Below are positions 27,373-37,335 of a stretch of 64,000 nucleotides of DNA, one piece after another. This DNA is from Ruditapes philippinarum. Its lineage: Eukaryota. The notes beneath the pieces are model-generated. The model had not been told where the DNA came from. It saw only the letters and a program-made list of their open reading frames with translations, and ran no database searches. The stretch lies in assembly GCF_026571515.1 (NCBI RefSeq), contig NW_026857904.1:1-64000 (forward strand), read 5' to 3'. The position numbers and the translations under genes are program-made. Numbering within the stretch: position 1 is the first letter of the stretch; each line of letters begins with the position of its first letter.

Positions 27373-30300
27373 ATGGCTGTTACGCGAACTGTGATCGGTG
27401 TGGATGTTGGTGGAACAAATACTGATGCCGTTGTCATAGATAGAGGTACAGACAAATTGACAGTCCTTTCACATGCGAAAACTCTGACAACGGCAGATGT
27501 TACCACCGGTGTTAAAGCAGCAATTCATCTCGGACTTTTGAACTCACGGAAGAAAAACCGTACTTTATCCGTGCAACAAGTTAACATTGGGACTACCCAT
27601 TTTATAAATGCGGTTGTAGAAGGTAAACATTTAGCAAAGGTAGCTGTTATTCGTCTGTGTGGCACTGCTTCGCGAAAATTGCCTCCTTTCTGCGATTTTC
27701 CTGAAAAATTGGCCAGTAAAATCAGAGGTAGTGTATTCTTGTTGAACGGAGGATACCAATTTGATGGTACAGAAATAACGGAGATAAACGAAAAAGAGCT
27801 TGAAAATTGTGTTGATATATTGAAAAGTAACGGTGAAAAGAACATTGCAGTATCCGGCATCTTTTCACCTGTTAGAGATGAACAGGAACGTCGAGTGGTC
27901 GACTTTATTCGGAAACGTTTTCCTGAAGCAAGCGTTACTTCAAGTCATGAAATTGGAAAAATAGGAATGTTAGAGCGGGAAAATGCTACAATTCTAAATG
28001 AGTGTATTAAACCGCTTTGCCTTAGGACAATCAAGGGATTTCGTTCAGCTCTAGATGATTTAGGTTTGAAATGTCCGCTGTACCTTACTCAGAATGACGG
28101 TACGATTTTGGAGGAAGAGAAAGCGCTTCGTTACCCAGTCTTTTCCTTTGCTTCCGGTGCTACAAATAGCATGCGTGGTGCTGCATTTTTGACCGGCTTG
28201 AAAGAGGCAATCGTAATCGATATTGGCGGAACGAGTACCGATGTTGGCGTTTTACTTAAAGGATTTGCAAGGGAAGCATCTACCGAGGTGAAAGTAGGCG
28301 GTATAAGAACAAATTTCCGTATGCCTGACGTCATAAGCATCGGTTTAGGAGGAGGATCATACGTTACGCATGTGAAGGTGAAAGGTCAAGATCAAATCGT
28401 TGTTGGTCCACAAAGTGCTGGTTATTGTATTGATAGAGAAGCATTTGTCTTTGCTCAGCCAGGTGAAATTGGTGATCGAGTTTTGACAGCAACTGATGTT
28501 GCTGTTGCCTCAGGGATCGCTAATGTCGGTCTTATAAGTAATGTTAAGCATTTAAATAAAGAGGAAATAAACGTGGCTGTTGATAAAATAAAAAGTATGA
28601 TCACAGTATGCGTTGACCAGATGAGATTCAACGATAGAAATTTGCCGTTAATTCTTGTTGGGGGCGGAAGCATTATCGTCGACAGAAGCTGGAAGTTTGA
28701 TGGCATATCAGACATTTTTCGCCCAGAATATTTTGATGTTGCTAATGCCATAGGTGCGGCCTTAAGTCAGATCTCAACAACCAAAGACCGAGTTGTTGAC
28801 CTGGAAAAATATTTTGATACGGATGAAATGAACCACCAAGTTTCATGTAAGCTTATAGAATGTTCTGAAACTTCTGAGGAGAAATCAGCGATAATAGAAA
28901 AAGTGAGAAAGACTTTCTTTCAAAGTGCGCGCGAAAAAGCCATGCAAGAATTACTGGAACTTGCGAAACAAGAAACTATTGCATCAGGGGCAGATTCAAA
29001 TTCCATTTGCCTTGTGGAAAAAGATGATATTAGTTTGTCATACATTCCTGGAAATGCAACTAGAATAAAATTGAAAGTTGTTGGAGATCTGAAGATTGGG
29101 TCGGATTCAGATAAATTCGTGGTTCCAGAATCGTTTTACAATCAGAGACCGCCACAAACGGGTTTGCAGACAAAAAAGCAAACAATCACAAATACGGGCG
29201 TTATTCTATCTGAGGATAGCAACAAACTAAAGATAGAAACGCCAACAATTGACAAAGACACCGGGGAATGGCTACTATCTGAGTACGACATTGAATGCAT
29301 TCATATTGGAGCAGGAATTTTAGGCTGTGGTGGCGGAGGAAGTCCTCATCTTGGACGTCTTTTAGCACTGAGATCATTACGCAGTGGGAAGAAAATCCGT
29401 GTACTTACACCTTCCAGGTTTTACCAAAATGCTCACCCAGAAAATGATTTAGTATGTTCTGTAGCGTTTATGGGGGCTCCAGTTGCGGTGTATGAGAAAC
29501 TTGTAGCCGGAAATGAAACAACTGGTGCGTTGGCATGTTTACAGGATTTATATTGTGTCGGTGGTTATAAAGATGGAGACCTTACCAACAAAGATGGGGT
29601 GGATATAGTAAAAGAGGAACATGTTACATATATTGATGATTACAAAGTGACTGCTGGGGAACAGTTGAGCATGGGAGACAAGAGATTAAGCGCATTGATG
29701 AGTGGCGAAATCGGTGGAATGAACGGTATGGAACCTTTAGTCGTAGGTGCAGCCTTGGACCTCCCAGTACTAGACTGCGATGGAATGGGTCGAGCTTTTC
29801 CAGAACTGCAGATGTTTACACCATTTATATATGGAAACAACCCTTACCCAGCAACGTTGGCAGACGACAAAGGTCGGCATGCAGCAATTTTGTATGCTGA
29901 CTCTCCAAAAAGTGTAGAAAATCATTTTCGAAAGGTTGTTATCAATATGGGATGTAGTGGAGGAACAGTTTTGTCGCATTTTAACAAAGATCGAGTCTTG
30001 TCGTCAACAGTTCTGCATAGTACAAGTCATGCATGGCGCATTGGGGATACTATCTTACGAGCTCGCACTGAAAATACTTCACCTGTTGATGAAGTCGTGA
30101 AATTAGAACACGGGAAAATTCTCGTCTATGGTAAAATTTCTGACGTTTTAAGGGAAACAACAGGTGGTTTCAACAAGGGCAAATTTGTTATTACTGGTCT
30201 TGACCAGTATGCTGGCAAAACGATTAATATAGAATTTCAAAACGAATTTCTTATTGCAAGAGAAGTCAGCGAAGGAAATCATAAGCTGCTTGCATGTGTC

Positions 30301-30525
30301 CCAGATTTGATCACGCTGATGGATGCAGATACGGCACAGCCCATTCAAACGGAAGAGCTAAGATTTGGTATCCGTGTTGCTGTTGTTGCTATGCGAGCGT
30401 CACCAACCATTAGTTCAGAGCAGGCCTTGAAATTCGTTGGTCCACAAGCATTTGGTTACGGTGCAGATGTTCAATACACTCCTCTTTGTGACTTTGTAGA
30501 CGCCGGACCTATTGGACCTATGTGA
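27373..30525 (+). CDS. Intronless hydantoinase A/oxoprolinase-family + DUF917 fusion protein, 1050 aa
   Basis: Uninterrupted 3153-bp ORF with a good Kozak context (AATATGG). N-half has HyuA motifs GVDVGGTNTD, GTTHFINA, ERENATILN, QNDGT, SGATNSMRGA, DIGGTSTD, SIGLGGGS, VANAIGAA. C-half has DUF917 motifs GILGCGGGGSP, MGAP, EIGGMNG, DCDGMGRAFPELQM. Confidence 0.93.
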   Translation: MAVTRTVIGVDVGGTNTDAVVIDRGTDKLTVLSHAKTLTTADVTTGVKAAIHLGLLNSRKKNRTLSVQQVNIGTTHFINAVVEGKHLAKVAVIRLCGTASRKLPPFCDFPEKLASKIRGSVFLLNGGYQFDGTEITEINEKELENCVDILKSNGEKNIAVSGIFSPVRDEQERRVVDFIRKRFPEASVTSSHEIGKIGMLERENATILNECIKPLCLRTIKGFRSALDDLGLKCPLYLTQNDGTILEEEKALRYPVFSFASGATNSMRGAAFLTGLKEAIVIDIGGTSTDVGVLLKGFAREASTEVKVGGIRTNFRMPDVISIGLGGGSYVTHVKVKGQDQIVVGPQSAGYCIDREAFVFAQPGEIGDRVLTATDVAVASGIANVGLISNVKHLNKEEINVAVDKIKSMITVCVDQMRFNDRNLPLILVGGGSIIVDRSWKFDGISDIFRPEYFDVANAIGAALSQISTTKDRVVDLEKYFDTDEMNHQVSCKLIECSETSEEKSAIIEKVRKTFFQSAREKAMQELLELAKQETIASGADSNSICLVEKDDISLSYIPGNATRIKLKVVGDLKIGSDSDKFVVPESFYNQRPPQTGLQTKKQTITNTGVILSEDSNKLKIETPTIDKDTGEWLLSEYDIECIHIGAGILGCGGGGSPHLGRLLALRSLRSGKKIRVLTPSRFYQNAHPENDLVCSVAFMGAPVAVYEKLVAGNETTGALACLQDLYCVGGYKDGDLTNKDGVDIVKEEHVTYIDDYKVTAGEQLSMGDKRLSALMSGEIGGMNGMEPLVVGAALDLPVLDCDGMGRAFPELQMFTPFIYGNNPYPATLADDKGRHAAILYADSPKSVENHFRKVVINMGCSGGTVLSHFNKDRVLSSTVLHSTSHAWRIGDTILRARTENTSPVDEVVKLEHGKILVYGKISDVLRETTGGFNKGKFVITGLDQYAGKTINIEFQNEFLIAREVSEGNHKLLACVPDLITLMDADTAQPIQTEELRFGIRVAVVAMRASPTISSEQALKFVGPQAFGYGADVQYTPLCDFVDAGPIGPM

Positions 30526-32943
30526 ATGACCGGTACATGTCAATTACCCTAGGCAACAAGCCAGACTTAAAACTTGTTTTATACGTGAACTTGAGATGGA
30601 AAGTCGCACTGTACGTTTATATTTGTAATGATAATTGAGCATATAGATCTACATGTGTCAAAAAAAATTTGTTCTTGAGTGGTGATAACTTATTTTACAT
30701 GGTTTATGCATACCCATGATCGAGTTAATCTTTATTTCATAGATAATTAATGTATTGACATCAACGCTATACAAGTATACAAAACATTGCTGATGTGTTG
30801 GATTAACATTGCATTTTTGATTTAGCCCTAAACTACATATAGCAACTATGTAATACCTTATTTTTAATTTATTATTATGCAAACTATAAATTTGAGAATA
30901 CATGTATTTGGCAACAGAATGCTTGATGTTAATATGAACTTTTATTTTTTGATTTATAAAGTAAATGAAGTTTGCCTATCATAACAAAATTAAGTTGTTT
31001 TGTGATGTTACGGCCGTGAAATATTAAATAGATTCTTCTACAAAAAAAAGTATTATTATTCGTCAATTTTGTAAAATCCAAAATTATCCCAATATGAAGA
31101 GTCCATCAGACATGGTAATCGCTATTCGCCCGGTTAGATGGCGCCGAAACAGGAACGATAATTTTGGTATTCCTCGGGTGTTACAAACTTAAAAGCAACA
31201 CCAAGGGCCAAAACCCCTCATCTGTTTGAGCTTTAAAGATGCATAGACTCCAGTTGTTTGAACCCAGTTAGTCGCCTCTATACGGTCACGCAGGGATATT
31301 TTGTGAGACTCGGCCATTAAAGACAACCTCTCGGCCACAGGCACGAGTATCGGACCTGGGAAGAAAAAATATTACCAGATTGATAAAAAAAAACCCTGTG
31401 CACATCTTAAATGTGTCAAAAACCAAAAAAAAAATGTAAAATACGACCTCCTTTAAAAATGTACTATAAGTTATGTAGAGTAACACAACCCACTATCAGG
31501 TATTCATGAAACAAGGATTATCTGCACATATATTATATATATAGTTAACTGCATTTTAAACTTACTTAAAATAAGACAGGGTGCACACTTGAAACACCAT
31601 GCGCACATCTGCAGCATCAGACAATAGAGAAGCGATGACCTAGTGTAAGGTGTCTACCTCTCAAACTGTGGATCATAGGTTCGAGCCCTAATCGGAACAC
31701 AACCATGTTTCTTCATGACACCAGTACTGGTTGATTCCAGCAAGCGGACTCCAAGAACTTGTTTCACAATCGGGCTTAAATGATTATGTTTAAACCAGTT
31801 ATAAAAGTTCTAATTATAAAAGTTCTAATTTTATATAAATCTATCTCGGAATGCATTCTATTTAATTGAGAAACTCAAAAACACCTTATAACAGATGACA
31901 TGTAAAATACGTTTTTGGTTTCGGAAAAAATGATTTACAGAAATTTTAGAAATCATCATAAAACAAAACCATCCACTTTGATTTTCTCCCAATTGTGCGA
32001 TCACAATTACAGAACCGGAAATCGCACATTTTTATGGAACAGAATTAATGCATTTATTCCATCTTGTTTTATGATATCGGAACTTACATTATGCTTGCTT
32101 CTATACTTCTTTACGACAATGAAAACCTGCGTTTTGCTGAATTTAATCATGCCTTATGATTACTGAATGCACTTTCATGTAATTGAACCTTGTGTGTTCC
32201 CTACTAAACCATCAAACTCACATATTTTAATATGCTATATGTTTAATTGCATCTTTTTTTTAAGGACAACGTATTATGTTTGGTGTTTAAGATAACATTC
32301 TTTATAACTTTGTAACATGGTAGTTGTATCTTTAATTTGCTATAAATCTGCCACTTATATTGTCGACATTATGTCAAATTAAACTATTCATTTTGATCAA
32401 TAATTGGCTGATTTGATGTGTCTTAGCATTCATATACTTCAATATATTCACTGATTACAAATATAATGCAATACATAATCACTGCGCATCGACAACGAAG
32501 ATGACAACGATAGCGATATTATAGTCGCATGTGACAGTACGCACTAAGCAGTTGGCAGTAAGCATAATGCGAGTTGCAATAATTTGTGTTCATATTATGA
32601 CAGCAGGTGTCGCTTTGTCGGTACATCCCGTTATTTTCCGGATTATCCCGTATTTTGGCACGTGGAGTAAACAAAGTTACGTCCACTTTATATAGGGGCG
32701 TATACAGAACAGTGTTAGTTGGGGACTGACATGTAAATTTACTAAAAAACAAGAGAACACGATGCGACAGACGAAAAGTGCGTGTTTTTGAAGATTCCGC
32801 CAGCATGTGGAAAAAAAGTTATATATGTCTCTAATAACTCATCCTACAAGTGGCAACTCACCTCTTATACAATTGTTTGCACTTCTTTTTGGGCGTCTGT
32901 GATAAGTGAAATTGAATTTTATCAAACTTAAGGTGGCACGAAG

Positions 32944-33722
32944 GTGACATGTGTGTGTTTTTATTTATCTCGTGCGCACGAGATACTGTGTCGTGGCCAC
33001 GGGTTACTAAGTCGTGGCCACGAGATAGTTAAGTCGTGGGAACGAGATACTATGTTGTGGCCACGAGTTACTAAATCGTGGCCACGAGGTAATTAAGTCG
33101 TGGGAACGAGATAACTTAGTCGTGGCCACGAGTTACTAAGTTTAGGCCACGAGATAAATAAGTCGTTGGAACAAGTTACTATGTCGTGGCCACGAGAAAG
33201 TTTAGTCGTGGCCACGAAAAAGTTAAGTCGTGCGAACGAGATAAATAACCAATCAAATTACACTATTTATATGAATTTTCCTAACAAGGATGCCCCTACT
33301 TAAAAGTGTCATTTATACAAGTTATTGATTGGTCGATGATTTTACATAAAGCGTCATTGTGACCCTGATTTCTGACCAAATTGCCTAAAAATTATTAGGT
33401 GTCATCTACTGATCTTTTTAGGTTATATAAACTACGGCTTATTCTTTCTAAATCATTCATCAGACACAAGGATTTTGCATTTATCTGACCTGTGACCTCA
33501 AACATCCTTATAGGATATCTACTGTCCATGGGCAATGTCTCTTCCCAATAAAATAAACCAGGACTAAGTCCCTCTCAAGTTATGGTATAACCAATGTTAA
33601 CAGGCCTTTGTACGTACAAAATGACAAATTCTATCATAGAATTGTCCCAACAAAGGGCTATAACTAAAGAGATAAATAAAAACACACACATGTCACTTAG
33701 TAACTCGTGGCCACGACTTAGT
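32944..33722. repeat. Inverted-repeat element containing 13 tandem ~21-bp palindromic units
   Basis: Perfect 28-bp inverted repeat 32944-32971 / 33669-33696. Array 32966-33243 with core TCGTGGCCACGA. One further inverted unit at ~33697-33722. Confidence 0.8.
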
Positions 33723-34907
33723 ACAGTACAAACTTGATTTTTTTTTTTTTTTGTAAAATAAAATAAATATAATTTGGCTTCACACAAATATTGTGCTTTA
33801 AATACTTTACACTGTAATTGGGCAGTATGAATATTCATGTATAGTGTTATAACAAAAATATATATGGAAGTTTCGTTTAAAGACAGGCACAACTTTACTT
33901 GACCCGTAATAAGGAAAGCAGATTCCTATACATTATGGGTATGTGTTTTTATTTAAATAAAACATATTTAGTAAGCATTTTATAGATTTCAATAAATTTC
34001 TGTGATAAAAATATATTACTGAAAGATGTGCATAGTATATCTTTAAGCACAAATGTATGTGAATGTGGTGGTGTGTGCGGGATGTCTGATCTATAATCAG
34101 ACACACATTTGCCCAACATTTGTAATTGATTATGCACATGTCACAAAAATAAACAACTTCCTTCTTTCCTTATTATACATGTATATTTTAATGTGTTACA
34201 TACCTATTCGCCACTATTAGTGACTGAGACATTTATTAAGTTAAAAGGCCAATTATTAAGTTTTGCTTTTCAATGTCCAAGTCATTAGATAAAGACCTTC
34301 GCAATCGTAGGCAGGTGCTTAACAACTGGATGACAGCATTATATGTTTTGATAAGGAGTACACTATGACCACTATTGCATGAAATTTACACGTATATATT
34401 CCATCCCAGCTCATCAACGTATCTTTGGGGTAGGTGCAGCCCTTAAGCCAAGGCCTGAATCCGCCACTGTACGTATAAACTGCCCCATTGAATAACTGTT
34501 ACGAGCATAGTTTTTCTATTAGACTGTATACATATACATGTATAAAATTATATTGCATAATCCTTACTACTTGTATTTATATTCTTTTGACGGCAATTTA
34601 TTTATTAAGCGCTTGGTACGTATTTATAGCATTGTCGCCCTCTGTATTTTAACGTATATCCACGATGGCCCTAACGGTATTCCGTAATATATACATGTAC
34701 GGAAAATTCCGATGATAGGCGAATCATGGAAAAAATCCGTTGATATCGATAACAGAGTTCTCGCCCCTTAACAGTTCACAAATCGCTAGACATTGCTTAA
34801 ATTGTTTATCATAATGTAAGATGATCAAACATTATCCACAAAGCCTCAGACACCGAGCTTTATTAAGCATAAACACTGAATAATGGATATAAGCGAAAGC
34901 TAATAGT

Positions 34908-35879
34908 AACTAGAGGATGCTTTTGTAAAAAAGCGCATGTCTCCCCCACTGCACTGTGACCTTTGACCTACTGACCCCAAAAACAATAGGGATCATCTGC
35001 TCTATAAGACCAATCATCCTATGAAGTTTGAGGGCTGTAGGTCAAAAGGAACTCTAGTTATCATCCGGAAACGAGAAATTGACCAACGGTCACTGTGACC
35101 TTGACCTTTGACCTACTGACCCCAAAAACAATAGGGATCATCTGCTCTATAAGACCAATCATCCTATGAAGTTTGAGGGCTGTAGGTCAAAAGGAACTCT
35201 AGTTATCATCCGGAAACGAGAAATTGACCAACGGTCACTGTGACCTTGACCTTTGAACTACTGACCCCAAAAACAATAGGGATCATCTGCTCAATAAGAC
35301 CAATCATCCTATGAAGTTTGAGGTCTGTAGGTCTAAAGGAACTCTAGTTATCATCCGGAAACGAGAAATTGACCAACGGTCAGTGTGACCTTGACCTTTG
35401 ACCTACTGACCCCAAAAACAATAGGGATCATCAGCTCTATAAGACCAATCATCCTATGAAGTTTGAGGGTTGTAGGTCAAAAGGAACTCTAGTTATCATC
35501 CGGAAACGAGAAATTGACCAACGGTCACTGTGACCTTGACCTTTGAAAACTACTGACCCCAAAAACAATAGGATCATCTGCTCAATAAGACCAATCATCC
35601 TATGAAGTTTGAGGGTCTGTAGGTCTAAAGGAACTCTAGTTATCATCCGGAAACGAGAAATTGACCAACGGTCCAGTGTGACCTTGACCTTTGACCTACT
35701 GACCCCAAAAACAATAGGGATCATCAGCTCTATAAGACCAATCATCCTATGAAGTTTGAGGGCTGTAGGTCAAAAGGAACTCTAGTTATCGTCCGGAAAC
35801 GAAGAATGGACGGACGGACGGACTGACGGACGGACAGGGCAAAAACAATATGTCTCCCCCCGAGGTGGGGGAGACATAA
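34908..35879 (-). mobile_element. HINE-type element with six 145-bp tandem monomers
   Basis: ATGTCTCCCCC subTIR at both ends, terminal hairpin TATGTCTCCCCC...GGGGGAGACATA, (GGAC)n microsatellite; monomer landmarks at 35091, 35236, 35381, 35526 (period 145). Confidence 0.85.
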
Positions 35880-36159
35880 TCACGCCATGCGTGCTATAAA
35901 TCAAATAAGTCACATTTTAACAAAATCCATCAGGGAACAAAAAATAGTCAATTTTAAATGACTTCTACATAAAAGTAATACAAAAAAAAAAACTAAACCG
36001 TAAATGGTTTGTATAGAGCATGAAGAAAGGTAGCTTATACATAAAGGTATTTATAAGACGTTAACATTTTAGTATTCCAAATGGCTTGTTCCAGTTTAAT
36101 AGATATCACTCAATGAAAGAATTGGTCACTACGAAATGTTTGAATGAAATAATGAAAAA

Positions 36160-36376
36160 TGGAATCCAGAATAATGCAACGTTTAAATAACATAAAGCAA
36201 GATGGAATCAATCATAATGCAAGTTCTGATGTCATGTAGCAAGATGGAATTAAGCATAATGCAAGTTCCAAAGTCATCAAGCAAGATGGAATCAAGCATA
36301 ATGCAAGTTCCAATGTCATCAAGCAAGATGGAATTAAGCATAATGCAAGTTCCAATGTCATCAAGCAAGATAGAAT
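36160..36376. repeat. 42-bp minisatellite (~5 copies)
   Basis: AGCAAGAT(G/A)GAAT unit starts at 36196, 36238, 36280, 36322, 36364. Confidence 0.85.
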
Positions 36377-37335
36377 AAATGCATTAATTCTGATCCATAC
36401 ATTTTAATTTGCTGTGAAATTATCAAGGATTTTCATGTTTTCCTTTGAAAAAGGAAGATTGCTGTACTATAAAGTCGTTAATTCAATATTGCGGCTCGGG
36501 TTATATTTACAAACAACCGTTTATATAGGGTCATATAGCCTGTTACGACCTTCAAGTATGCCTATAGACTAAGTTGATATTTAAAGTCCTGTCCCATATG
36601 AGCCTACTTCACAAAAAATACAGTATTTTTTTCTTAATATATATACTATAGAATATGGACGATACTTAAATATAAGGGGCTAATATAATCTCAAAAACGT
36701 TGCTTGTAAAAATTTATTTCTAAATGAACAAGAATTGACAAATAATACACCACCAATAATTCATTTAATTCTTCTATCTTGCTTCATAGACATATATGAT
36801 TTAAATGCATCGAGATTCACATAAATATACTTTAATATTGGCCTTTTATTTCATGCATGCATTAAACTCTTGATACTACAACAACAATTAATGAACTAGT
36901 GTTTAACTATCTAGCTAGGTGGTCATTACTTGCTAGAACAAAAAAAATCTTCTATTGAATCATCCAGGCTATATTACTTGTATCATAGGATATGTACTTA
37001 TTACTATATTCATGATTGTTGAAGGAGGTATATAACTTTAAGCCATTAATAAATTTTGGTGCTTCATTTAATCGACATTGCAAAATACATTAGTTAAATA
37101 AATAACTATCAAACTCTCAACATACATGTATATTCAACAAACGCATTTATTAAAAATTTATAACATTTTACTTCAGAATATCATCTATGGTTGAAAGAGG
37201 AAAAGTTATTTCTTAGACATTAAGCTACTTAAATGAGCAACTAAATCAACACAAAAATGAGAGTATTGTTGAATGATGCTGAAACTATTTCATCTCTCCA
37301 ATTTTCATTTTCCCGGAATTTATCAGGTCCTGCAA

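Noticed and set aside
27525-30348. Several antisense ORFs of 66-111 aa over the hydantoinase gene
   Set aside because: Shadow frames of the real CDS with no recognisable motifs.
30526-31050. Poly(A) tail or TSD as direct proof of retroposition of the hydantoinase gene
   Set aside because: Only short A runs typical of this AT-rich sequence, and no matching flanking direct repeat found.
32966-33243. CRISPR-like look of regularly spaced palindromic repeats
   Set aside because: Spacers are only ~9 bp and similar to each other, there are no cas genes, and the context is a spliced eukaryotic genome.
32500-34800. CpG-richer patches with a TATA-like site (~32690, minus strand) and a DRE-like TATCGATA (~34744)
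   Set aside because: No associated exon or ORF; short motifs like these are expected by chance or from transposon remnants.
35449-36368. Repetitive ORFs (35449-35745, 36183-36368; also 14411-14611)
   Set aside because: Open frames produced by tandem repeats, with no splice or homology support.
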